64,000 bases of DNA from an uncultured Acidobacteriota bacterium (GCA_963770895.1 CAVYRF010000001.1:1120001-1184000), one strand, 5' to 3'; numbered from the stretch's first letter, positions 1-8,155 are shown. Program-made: numbers and translations. The notes: generated by a model from the sequence alone, not told the origin.

Positions 1-1
1 G

Positions 2-799
2 CGCACCGTCGTCTTCGCCCGCAACAATACGATCCTGGTGTCGCAGCGCACCGGCGACGGTTGGTCGAAGCCCGAGATCGCGCCGTTTTCGGGCCAGTGG
101 CCCGACCAGCAGCCGGCCATCGCTCCCGACGGCTCGTTCCTGGTGTTCGTGTCGGGGCGCCCGATCTCCGCCACCGAGACGGCGCGCCCGGCGGGCAACC
201 TGTGGCGGGTGGACCGCCACGGCGCCGCCTGGGGAGAACCGGTGCACCTGCCGGCGACCGTCAACCGCGACAGCAGCACCTGGGCGCCCAGCGTCGCCGG
301 CGACGGCAGCGTCTACTTCATCGAGCGTCAAGATCCCAAGGCGCCGTTCCGGCTGTGGCGGGCGCAGGCGCGCAACGGCTCGTATGAGCCGGCGGTGGCG
401 GTGTCGTTCGGCGACCCGGCTACCCAGGACGTCGATCCCGCCGTGGCGCCCGACGAATCGTTCATCGTCTTCGGCTCGATGCGGCCCGGCGTCGACCCGC
501 ACGAGCGGCTGTTCATCGCCTTTCGCGAGTCCGCCGGGTGGGGCAAGCCCATCGACCTGGGCGACGCGGTCAACGGCCCCGACGACACCAACGAGGCGCG
601 CCTGGGACCCGACGGCAGGACCCTCTATTTCAGCTCGGATCGCACGCTGCCCCTGCACTTCCCGCGCAGCCGCGCCCAGGCGCTGGCCGACGAGGAGCGC
701 ATCGCCGGCTGGGACAACAGCAACCTCAACATCTGGAGCGTGTCGCTGGCCTCCTGGCTGGACGCTCACGCGCACGCCGCCCCTCACCCGCCCGCTTGA
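2..799 (+). CDS. TolB/PD40 (WD40-like) beta-propeller protein, 5' truncated by window edge
   Basis: Frame is open from base 2. Repeated PD40-like motifs: DQQPAIAPDGSFLVFVS, WAPSVAGDGSVYF, DVDPAVAPDESFIVFGS, EARLGPDGRTLYFSSDR. Confidence 0.8.
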   Translation, partial: RTVVFARNNTILVSQRTGDGWSKPEIAPFSGQWPDQQPAIAPDGSFLVFVSGRPISATETARPAGNLWRVDRHGAAWGEPVHLPATVNRDSSTWAPSVAGDGSVYFIERQDPKAPFRLWRAQARNGSYEPAVAVSFGDPATQDVDPAVAPDESFIVFGSMRPGVDPHERLFIAFRESAGWGKPIDLGDAVNGPDDTNEARLGPDGRTLYFSSDRTLPLHFPRSRAQALADEERIAGWDNSNLNIWSVSLASWLDAHAHAAPHPPA

Positions 800-1593
800 C
801 CGCGCCCGCTCTGACCGGTGACCCCGACCCGCCGGCGGCACCGGCCCTGGTCGTCAGCCACGAGCGCTCGGGGACGCATTTCCTGATGAACACCCTGGCG
901 CTCAACTTCGGCTATCAGCCGTACGTCGACCTCGACGAGCGCCCGGGTTTCGATCCGCACTCGACGCCGCAGCTGCTGAACTTCCTGCTGGGGACGGCGT
1001 GGCCGCCGCGGACGGTGCTCAAGTCGCACCACCAGGCGGAAGTCTTGCTGCCCGTGCTGCCCTGGCTGGCCGACCTCTACCGGGTGTTCTACGTGGTGCG
1101 CGATCCGCGCGACGCGCTGCTCAGCCTGTGGCGCTTCGTCGCCAGCTCGCCCGCCGGCGAAGGGCCGTGCACCGCCACGGTCGGTGACTTCCTGCGCGCC
1201 GCCCCCGCCGGGCGCCTGCTGCGCTACCAGCGGCGGGCCGCGGCGACGATGGTCGAGCGCTGGCGGCTGCACGTCGAAGGGTGGAGCGACGCCGCCGACC
1301 GCCTGGGCGGCCGGCTGCACGTGGTGCGCTACGACGACCTGGACCAGACCTTCGCGCCCACCGTGGCGCGCCTGGCGGCGGCCCTGCGGCCGGCGGCCGC
1401 GCCGTCCCTGGCGCCAACGCCGCCAGGACCGCCGGAGCCGCCGCTGCGCCCTTCGAAAGTGCTCGACGTGATCCATCCCGGCGCCGGCGGCAGCGGCGCG
1501 CACCGCGCGCTCTTCACCGCGGCCGACCAGGCGCTGGTCCGCGAGCAGGCCGGCCAGGCGATGCGGCGATGGGGGTGGGAACCCGATTCGTGA
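796..1593 (+). CDS. PAPS-dependent sulfotransferase domain protein
   Basis: 5'-PSB motif VSHERSGTHFL, KSH, 3'-PB motif YVVRDPRDALLS, and VRYDDL. Start placed at TTG 796, which overlaps the upstream TGA; the ORF-track start at 538 lies inside the previous gene. Confidence 0.8.
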   Translation: MTAPALTGDPDPPAAPALVVSHERSGTHFLMNTLALNFGYQPYVDLDERPGFDPHSTPQLLNFLLGTAWPPRTVLKSHHQAEVLLPVLPWLADLYRVFYVVRDPRDALLSLWRFVASSPAGEGPCTATVGDFLRAAPAGRLLRYQRRAAATMVERWRLHVEGWSDAADRLGGRLHVVRYDDLDQTFAPTVARLAAALRPAAAPSLAPTPPGPPEPPLRPSKVLDVIHPGAGGSGAHRALFTAADQALVREQAGQAMRRWGWEPDS

Positions 1594-1602
1594 GTTAGCC
1601 GC

Positions 1603-2379
1603 TTAGCCGCGGCGGTGGACGATTTCGAGGTGCGGCATGCCCCAGCACTGATGGCCCATGTCCCGCGCCATCAGGCCCAGGCCCTCGGTTTCCAGCTCGC
1701 CGCCGGCCTGGCCGGTGAAGGGGCTCGGCCAGCGGCCGAAGGGGTTGCGCCGCCCGTACGGAAAGGCGGGGAAGACCAGCCCGTCGCGGTGCAGATCGGC
1801 GCGCACCAGGAGCATCGTGCCGCCCACCGCGTCCAGCCGCACCAGCTCGCCCTCGGCGCGCAGGTCTTCCAGGTGGAGGCGGCCGGCGTCGCGCCAGGCG
1901 TTCAGATCGAACGTCGGCCCGCCCGCCCAGCGCACGCAGTGCGGCTGCACGATGTCGCGTTCGACGGCGAGCAGGCGTTGCAGTACGTCGGCAGGGAACT
2001 GCTCGACGTCCACGTCCAGCCACAGCACCCACTCTTCGTCGTCCAGGGCGCGCGACAGCAGGTGGTTGCGGCTTTTGGCGAGCACCGTCCGGCGGGGGAT
2101 CTGCAGGCCGTGCTCCCAGCGCGGGATGCCCGGCGGCAGGTGGAAGTGGAAGTCGCGCTTCCATGTCTGGGCGCGGCGCCGGCCGGCGCGCAGCCGCGGC
2201 AGGAGCGCCGCGAGCGCCTCCCAGGTGCCGTCCCTGCTGTCGCTTTCCAACAGGCCCACCGACAGCCGGTCGCGCGGATAGGTGAGGGCGTCGAGCAGCT
2301 CGCAGTAGCGCTCGAGCGAGCCGGCCGCGTCCTTGACCGGCGTCAGGATGAGAACGGCGGGGGCGGCGTCGGGCTGCAT
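1603..2379 (-). CDS. GT-A fold glycosyltransferase, Anp1/Mnn9-like
   Basis: VLILTPVKDA start, LAKSRNHLL, WVLWLDVDV (DxD), FDLNAW, LDAVGGTMLLVRAD and ETEGLG motifs. Confidence 0.75.
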   Translation of the reverse strand: MQPDAAPAVLILTPVKDAAGSLERYCELLDALTYPRDRLSVGLLESDSRDGTWEALAALLPRLRAGRRRAQTWKRDFHFHLPPGIPRWEHGLQIPRRTVLAKSRNHLLSRALDDEEWVLWLDVDVEQFPADVLQRLLAVERDIVQPHCVRWAGGPTFDLNAWRDAGRLHLEDLRAEGELVRLDAVGGTMLLVRADLHRDGLVFPAFPYGRRNPFGRWPSPFTGQAGGELETEGLGLMARDMGHQCWGMPHLEIVHRRG

Positions 2380-2475
2380 GCAGGGGCCTCGGCAGGTGGC
2401 AGGTTTGGCAGGCGACGCCGCGCCAGGGCGTCGGCGAGGCGGCTCCAGGGGGACTGCTCCGCGGCTGCCGGCGGA

Positions 2476-2504
2476 TTGACGGCATTCACCTGGCGCACGA
2501 TACT
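2476..2504 (+). promoter_or_regulatory. Putative sigma70 promoter for the PqqD gene
   Basis: TTGACG (2476-2481), 17-bp spacer, GATACT (2499-2504), ending 8 nt before ATG 2513. Confidence 0.35.
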
Positions 2505-2512
2505 ACGCGCCC

Positions 2513-2950
2513 ATGGAAGGCAAGGTGGAAGGCACCGGCACCGACCCAGACCCAGGCGCGGCGGCGGAAACGCCGGCAGCGGCGGCGATCGATTGGGAGA
2601 TGCGGCCCCGGCGTGCCGCGGGCATCGAGCTGAGCGAGGTGACCGACGGCTTCCTGGTCTACCAGCCGCAGCGCGACCGCGTGCACTACCTCAATCCGAC
2701 GGCGGCGCTGGTCCTCGAAGCGTGCGACGGCTCCATCCGGGCGGGCGATCTGCCGGTCTTCCTGGCCGGCGCCTTCCAACTGGCCGTGCCGCCGTACGAC
2801 GAGGTGGCGGGCTGCCTGGCGAAGCTCCTGGCGGAAGGGTTGCTGGTGGCGGCGGCGGACGGCGGCGATGGCGGCCTGGACGATCGGGAGGGTCGGGAGG
2901 GTCGGGACGGTCGGAGCGGTGGCGAGGGTGGCGGCGCGCCGCCGCTGTGA
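2513..2950 (+). CDS. PqqD-family peptide chaperone (RiPP recognition element)
   Basis: IELSEVTDGFLVY..RVHYLNPTAALVLEACDG..CLAKLLAEGLL matches the PqqD pattern. Low-complexity tail with 9-bp repeats (ggtcgggag) near 2882-2917. Confidence 0.8.
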   Translation: MEGKVEGTGTDPDPGAAAETPAAAAIDWEMRPRRAAGIELSEVTDGFLVYQPQRDRVHYLNPTAALVLEACDGSIRAGDLPVFLAGAFQLAVPPYDEVAGCLAKLLAEGLLVAAADGGDGGLDDREGREGRDGRSGGEGGGAPPL

Positions 2951-3054
2951 TAACCTAATGGTGACCGTAGTTTAGGTTGCGTAGCTGCTTCAGGGACACG
3001 TATACGGACTGATTCTCGATCGATTCTCGATCGACCTTCAACGGGGGTGAACGC

Positions 3055-3534
3055 GTGGCACCGGAAGAGTCACAGCGACTGTTGGATCGTCTGGGTTCCG
3101 ATCGTCGGCAGTTCCTGCAGAAAATCCTGCTGACCGCCTATGCCGCGCCGTTCGTGGCGTCCTTCGGCATGAAGGGCCTGGGGCTGGGCGAAGCGATGGC
3201 GCAGTCCAACCTCTGCTCCAACGTGACGGTGCCCAATACCTCGGCCGACCTGGTCATCACCAAGAGCGCCTCACCCAGTCCGGCGGTGCCGGGCGCCAAC
3301 CTTACCTACAGCATCTTCGTCGTCAATTGCGGGCCGGCCGTCGCCACCAACGTCAGCGTCTCCGACCCCATCCCGACCGGTACCACGTTCGTGTCGGCCA
3401 GCCAGACCAGCGGCCCGACCTTCACCCTGGGCACGCCGCCGGTGGGGGGCACCGGCACGTTCATGGCGACCATCCCCACCCTGAGCGCGAACGCCACGGC
3501 CAGCTTCCAGCTGGTCGTCTTCGTGACCCCCTGA
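3055..3534 (+). CDS. Tat/RiPP-like leader + short N/S/C-rich core + C-terminally incomplete DUF11 Ig-like domain
   Basis: RBS gggggtga before GTG. Twin-arginine motif SDRRQFLQK and AxA cleavage site AMA|Q. DUF11 motifs ADLVITKS, PGANLTYSIFVVNCGP, ATNVSVSDPIPTGTTFVSAS. The protein stops at FQLVVFVTP, before the usual ITNTATV strand. Confidence 0.85.
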   Translation: MAPEESQRLLDRLGSDRRQFLQKILLTAYAAPFVASFGMKGLGLGEAMAQSNLCSNVTVPNTSADLVITKSASPSPAVPGANLTYSIFVVNCGPAVATNVSVSDPIPTGTTFVSASQTSGPTFTLGTPPVGGTGTFMATIPTLSANATASFQLVVFVTP

Positions 3535-3550
3535 CGGAAAGAAGATCGCC

Positions 3551-3817
3551 ATGGGCCTGAAAATGCGCATGCTTGCCGCCCTGCTTCTCCTGCTGCCGGC
3601 GGCCGCCGTTGCCGCGGTGCCGCAGATCACCAACACCGTCACGGTCACCGCCACCAACGCCTTCACCGCCAACGGCGACGGCACCATGACCCTGGTGACG
3701 CCGGTGCTGATGGCGGCGCCGACGCTGTCGACGGCCGGCCTGGTGACCCTGGCCCTGGCGCTGGCGGTGTTCGCGGTCGCCCGCATGCGGCAGCGTCAGC
3801 TGCAGTCGCGCGCCTAG
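3551..3817 (+). CDS. Small secreted protein: signal peptide + DUF11-like terminal strands + IPTL-CTERM-like sorting signal
   Basis: Purine-rich RBS ggaaagaag. Sec signal MGLKMRMLAALLLLLPAAAVA, then QITNTVTVTAT, then APTLSTAG + hydrophobic helix + basic tail RMRQR. Confidence 0.8.
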   Translation: MGLKMRMLAALLLLLPAAAVAAVPQITNTVTVTATNAFTANGDGTMTLVTPVLMAAPTLSTAGLVTLALALAVFAVARMRQRQLQSRA

Positions 3818-3826
3818 CGCGGCACG

Positions 3827-4969
3827 GTGCCAAACCAGCAAGACGGAGGCGGCGTCCTGCTTTCGGCCGCCCTCATCGTCCGCAACGAAGAACGGTTTCT
3901 GGCCGGCTGCCTGCAATCCATCGCCGGGCTGGTCGACGAGGTCGTGGTGGTCGACACCGGCTCGACCGACCGCAGCCGCGAGATCGCCCGCGGCCATGGC
4001 GCCCGGCTGGCGGAGCTCCCCTGGCGCGGCGACTTTGCCGCCGCGCGCAACCACGCGCTCGACCTGGCGCGCGGCGCCTGGATCCTTTACATCGACGCCG
4101 ACGAACGGGTGAGCGCGGGCGGGCGGGCGGAGCTTGAACCGCTGCTGCGCGATCCGCACCTGGCCGCGTGCACCGTGCGCTTCCGGCCGGTCACCGGCTT
4201 CACCCGCTACCGCGAATATCGCCTGTTCCGCAACCGCCCCGACCTGCGCTTTGCCGGCGTCATTCACGAGACTCACGTCCCGGCGCTGATCGACGTGTGC
4301 GCCCGCGAAGGGCTGGCCATCGCCGACAGCGCGGTGGCGATCGATCACCTCGGCTACGACGGCGACCTGGCCCACAAGCATCGCCGCAACCTGCCGCTGC
4401 TGCGCGAGCGGCTGGCGAGCGACCCCAACCACGTCTACAGCTGGTGCCACCTGGGCGTCACCCTGCACGGCATGGGCGACCAGGAGGGGGCGGAGCAGGC
4501 GTGGCGCCAGGGAGTCCAGGTGGTGCGCCAAAAGCAGGCGCGAACGATCGCCGACAGCGGCCCCTACGTCGACCTGACCCACACCTTGATGCGCCGCGGC
4601 CAGCCGGTGACGGAACTGCTGGACGAAGCGCTCTTTTTCTTCCCCGACAACTTCACCTTGCAATGGCTGCGCGCCCGCGCCCTGATCGAGGAGGGGCAGT
4701 TTGCCGCGGCGCTGCCGATCGTGGAGCGGCTGGCGGCGACCGATCCCGAAGTGGAGCTGGGCGGCGTCCTGGCCCACGACGAGCGGATCTTCGGCCTGTT
4801 CGCCTACGAGGCCCTGGGTCTGTGCTGCTTCCGGCTCGGACGTTACGCGGAGAGCGCGCGCTGGTACGGCCGCGCCGCGGAGGTCGCGCCGGCGCCGCTC
4901 GAAAACCGCACCAAGATGCAGCTGGCCGCGACCCTTGCCAATGCCACCAGCGGCGCCGGCGCGCCGTGA
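3827..4969 (+). CDS. GT2 glycosyltransferase with TPR repeats (SunS-like architecture)
   Basis: LSAALIVRNEE, VVDTGSTD, DFAAARNHAL, WILYIDADE, FAGVIHE, IDHLGY, followed by TPR-like helices. Confidence 0.9.
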   Translation: MPNQQDGGGVLLSAALIVRNEERFLAGCLQSIAGLVDEVVVVDTGSTDRSREIARGHGARLAELPWRGDFAAARNHALDLARGAWILYIDADERVSAGGRAELEPLLRDPHLAACTVRFRPVTGFTRYREYRLFRNRPDLRFAGVIHETHVPALIDVCAREGLAIADSAVAIDHLGYDGDLAHKHRRNLPLLRERLASDPNHVYSWCHLGVTLHGMGDQEGAEQAWRQGVQVVRQKQARTIADSGPYVDLTHTLMRRGQPVTELLDEALFFFPDNFTLQWLRARALIEEGQFAAALPIVERLAATDPEVELGGVLAHDERIFGLFAYEALGLCCFRLGRYAESARWYGRAAEVAPAPLENRTKMQLAATLANATSGAGAP

Positions 4970-6354
4970 ACCGGCGCCCGACCGCGCTGCTGGTCGCGCC
5001 GCTCCTGCCGGCCACCGGCGGCAACGGCCTGGCGATGCGGGCCGGGGTGTTCCTGGACGCCCTGGCCCTTGACCACCAGGTGACGCTGCTGGTGGTGCCG
5101 GTTGCCGGCGCTGGCACCGAGCCGGGCCCGCTGGTGCGCCAGTGCGCCCGGCGGGTGGCGGTGCTCGACCTGGGCGGTGCGCTGGACCCGCTGTACGCGC
5201 TCAGTTCCGGCGTGCGCGATCCCGACCAGCGCCTGGCGGCGCTGTGCGCCTACCCGCGGCCGCAGATGTGCCGCTGGGCGACCAGCCCGGCAGTCGCGCG
5301 GGCGGTCGCGGCGGTGGGCGCCGGCGACGGCGCGGAAGGCGCGGGCGACGCGGACGGTGCGGGCGAGCCTTGCGGTGCTGGCGAGGCCGAAGAGGCGGGC
5401 GAGCCTGACGGCGTTGGCGGGGCCGGCGCGGGAGGCGAGGCTGGCGAGAGAGGCGCGGCAGGCGAGCCGAGCTTTGACGCGGTGGTGGTGCTGCGCAGCT
5501 ACCTGGCGCCGTATGCGGCGCCCCTGCTGGCAGGCGCCGGAGGGCGCCGCCCGCGCTGCGTCCTGGACCTGGACGACGACGAACGGCTGACCCAGCAGCG
5601 GCTCGGCCAGCTCTACGCGCAGCGCGGCGAGGCCGGCCTGGCGCGGCTCGCCGCCGCCGAAGCCGCCAAGTACGTCACCCACGAGGCCGCGTGGCTGCCG
5701 CGCTTCGACCTGGTGCTGACCGCTGCCGATCCGCATGCGGCGGCGGTGCGGGCGCGCCATCCGGGCGTCGCGGTCGCCGTCGTTCCCAACGTCGTCACCG
5801 TGCCGGACGGCGTGGCGCGGCCGGAAGCGGCGCATGCTCCGCTGCGGCTGCTGTTGGTCGGCAATCTCGCCTACGAGCCGAACGTGGACGCCGCGCAGTG
5901 GCTTGCCGGGCAGATCGTGCCGCGGCTGGCGCAGGAGCTGCCGGTCGCGCTGCGGCTCGCCGGCGCGCGGCCGAGCGCCGGCGTGGCAGCCCTGGCCGGC
6001 GGCGGCATCCAGGTGGTGGCCGATCCGCCGGACATGGCGCCGCACTACGATTGGGCCGACGTCGCCGTGGTGCCCATTCGCGCCGGCGGCGGCACCCGCA
6101 TCAAGATCCTGGAAGCCTTCGCCGCGCGCGTGCCGGTGGTGGCCACGCGCCTGGGCGCCGAAGGCCTGGCGGTGCGCGACGGCGAGCACCTGCTGCTGGC
6201 CGACGACACCGCGGGCATCGCCGACGCCTGCCGCCGGCTGGCGGAGGACGCGGCGCTGGCGCGGCGGCTTGCCGCCAACGCCCTGCGCCTGGTGCGGGAG
6301 CGCTACTCGCGGCCGGCGGGGCAGGCGCTGATCCGCGCGCTGCTCGCGAGTTGA
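4966..6354 (+). CDS. GT4 (GT-B) glycosyltransferase
   Basis: GTG 4966 overlaps the upstream TGA. Motifs VVPNVV, VGNLAYEPNVDA, ADVAVVPIRAGGGTRIKILEAFAARVPVVAT, GAEGL. G/A/E-rich insertion at about 5320-5470. Confidence 0.9.
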   Translation: MNRRPTALLVAPLLPATGGNGLAMRAGVFLDALALDHQVTLLVVPVAGAGTEPGPLVRQCARRVAVLDLGGALDPLYALSSGVRDPDQRLAALCAYPRPQMCRWATSPAVARAVAAVGAGDGAEGAGDADGAGEPCGAGEAEEAGEPDGVGGAGAGGEAGERGAAGEPSFDAVVVLRSYLAPYAAPLLAGAGGRRPRCVLDLDDDERLTQQRLGQLYAQRGEAGLARLAAAEAAKYVTHEAAWLPRFDLVLTAADPHAAAVRARHPGVAVAVVPNVVTVPDGVARPEAAHAPLRLLLVGNLAYEPNVDAAQWLAGQIVPRLAQELPVALRLAGARPSAGVAALAGGGIQVVADPPDMAPHYDWADVAVVPIRAGGGTRIKILEAFAARVPVVATRLGAEGLAVRDGEHLLLADDTAGIADACRRLAEDAALARRLAANALRLVRERYSRPAGQALIRALLAS

Positions 6355-6401
6355 GCTCGGGGGGGCGGGCGGTCTAAGCTGTGCGTCGTCGAGGCGAGCG
6401 C

Positions 6402-7277
6402 ATGGATCTGTCGATTCTCTATTTTGGCCACATCGGGTTCGCGGTCGACTTCATGGGCGAAGCCGACAGGCTGGGCTTTGGGCGGTTCTGGCTGGGCGAG
6501 CACCACAGCCAGTGGCAGTGCGCCAATCCGTTGCTGCTCGGCGCGTTGATGGCGGCGACCAGCAGCGGCATCCGGCTCGGCAGCGGCGGCGTCTGTATCA
6601 ACTACCACAGTCCGCTGCGCGTCGCCGAAGACGCGCGCCTCATCGAATACATGGTGCCGGGGCGTTTCGACCTCGGCGTGACGCGCGGCCTCAAGCTGGA
6701 TCCCGAGCTGCGGGACGCCCTGTTCGACGGCCGCCAGCCCGAGACGCTGCGGCCCTACGACGAGAAGCTGGCGGACCTGCACGGCTATGTCACCGGGCGG
6801 CTGGCGCCGGCGGACCCGCTGGCCGGCCAGATGTACCTGGAGGGCGGGCCGCCGATGTGGCTGCTGGGCACCAGCACCGCCAGCGCGGAGTGGGCGGCCA
6901 GCCATGGCACGGGCTTCTGCTTTTCGCTGCATCACGGCAGGGACAAGGACGGCGTCGCCGCCCTGCGCGAATACCGCCGGCAGTTCGTCCCCAGCGCCGA
7001 GTTTGCGGAGCCGCGGGCGATGGTCGTGGCGAGCATGCTGTCCGCGCCCACACGCGACGCGGCGCTCGCGGATCAAAAGGAAAAGGGGTTTGACCACGTG
7101 TCGCTGGTGGGTCCGCCGGCGGACTGCGTCGCGGGCCTGGAGGAGATCGCCGCCAGCTACGGCGTCGACGAAGTGATGATCCTCGATCTCCAGGCCGGGC
7201 ACATCGACGAGGTGAGTGAAAAGTACGGCGCGATCGCCGATCTGGCGGGGCTTGCGCCGCGCGGCGAAAAGGACTGA
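6402..7277 (+). CDS. LLM-class (luciferase-like) flavin-dependent monooxygenase
   Basis: RFWLGEHHS, IRLGSGGV, SPLRVAEDAR, PGRFDLGVTRG, WLLGTS. Start placed at ATG 6402 after gagg. Confidence 0.85.
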   Translation: MDLSILYFGHIGFAVDFMGEADRLGFGRFWLGEHHSQWQCANPLLLGALMAATSSGIRLGSGGVCINYHSPLRVAEDARLIEYMVPGRFDLGVTRGLKLDPELRDALFDGRQPETLRPYDEKLADLHGYVTGRLAPADPLAGQMYLEGGPPMWLLGTSTASAEWAASHGTGFCFSLHHGRDKDGVAALREYRRQFVPSAEFAEPRAMVVASMLSAPTRDAALADQKEKGFDHVSLVGPPADCVAGLEEIAASYGVDEVMILDLQAGHIDEVSEKYGAIADLAGLAPRGEKD

Positions 7278-7348
7278 TGACCTCCCGCCGCATCGATAAA
7301 GTGATCGATTGCGGCGGAGCGCGGGCCGCGGGACCCAAGGAACCCAAC

Positions 7349-8128
7349 ATGCCAGCCACGATAGGGCGAAGGATCGGCCGGCTGCTGGCCGCCGGGGTGC
7401 TCCTGCCGCTGCTGCTGCTCGGCGGGCGGGGTGGGTGGGCCGGCCGCACCGCCGCCCCTGCCGCAGACGCCGCCGGCGCATCGCGCGAAGAGACCCGCAG
7501 CTACCGCATCCTCTTTCAGGAGGAGATCTATTCGTACCAGGTCTTCGCGCCGCGCGGCTACCGCTCGCGGCCGCCGGGGCCGGCGATCGTGTTGTTGCAT
7601 GGCGCGGGCGGCAACGGCCAGGCGTCGATCGCGGAGTGGCAGGATCTCGCCAACGAACAGGGAGTGCTGCTGGTGGCGCCCACCCTGCTGTACGGGCCGA
7701 AGTTCGAACCGGTGATCCCGACGCTGTTGCGCGCCATCCTGGCGGAGGTCAGGTCGGCCTGGAAGCCCGACCCCCGCCGGATCTACATCTTCGGTCATTC
7801 GGCGGGAGGCGTGCTGACGTTCGATACCGCGATGTTGGACGGCGACTGTTTCGCCGCCGCCGCGGTGCACGCGGCGGTGATCTATCCCAACTACGACTGG
7901 ATCCTGGGCCGCGCCAAGCGCAGGATCCCGATCGCCTACTACATCGGCGACCGCGACCAGTTCTTCCCCCTGGCGGCGGCCCGCCGCACGCGGGACCTGC
8001 TGACGGCAGCGGGTTTCCCGCTGCACTATCTCGAAATGCCCGGCCACGACCACGACTATCGTGCGGTTGCGCCGCAGGTCAATCGCGACGCCTGGGCCTA
8101 TCTCAGCCAGCAGATCCTTCCTGATTAA
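7349..8128 (+). CDS. Secreted alpha/beta hydrolase (esterase / PHB-depolymerase-like)
   Basis: RBS aagga before ATG 7349, hydrophobic N-terminus, LLHGAGG, nucleophile GHSAGG, GDRDQFF, and MPGHDH. Confidence 0.8.
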   Translation: MPATIGRRIGRLLAAGVLLPLLLLGGRGGWAGRTAAPAADAAGASREETRSYRILFQEEIYSYQVFAPRGYRSRPPGPAIVLLHGAGGNGQASIAEWQDLANEQGVLLVAPTLLYGPKFEPVIPTLLRAILAEVRSAWKPDPRRIYIFGHSAGGVLTFDTAMLDGDCFAAAAVHAAVIYPNYDWILGRAKRRIPIAYYIGDRDQFFPLAAARRTRDLLTAAGFPLHYLEMPGHDHDYRAVAPQVNRDAWAYLSQQILPD

Positions 8129-8130
8129 CG

Positions 8131-8155
8131 AGTGGCCTGGCCAGGACAGGCCACT
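8131..8155. terminator. Hairpin between convergent genes
   Basis: Perfect 9-bp stem AGTGGCCTG / CAGGCCACT with a 7-nt loop; no clear U-tract. Confidence 0.4.

Noticed and set aside
2513-2950. PQQ biosynthesis or lasso-peptide locus
   Set aside because: No pqqABCE, lasso cyclase or B2 protease genes are nearby.
2952-2978. DtxR/IdeR iron box
   Set aside because: The half-sites resemble TTAGGTT/AACCTAA but are in the opposite order and spacing to the 19-bp consensus.
3472-3486. IPTLS motif near the C-terminus of the DUF11 protein as a sorting signal
   Set aside because: It aligns with the DUF11 IGTLAxG strand and is not followed by a transmembrane helix and basic tail.
3532-3553. Pseudogene or frameshift explanation for the split DUF11
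   Set aside because: The downstream ORF has its own RBS and a complete signal peptide between the two domain parts, which a point mutation would not create. Judged unlikely but not excluded.
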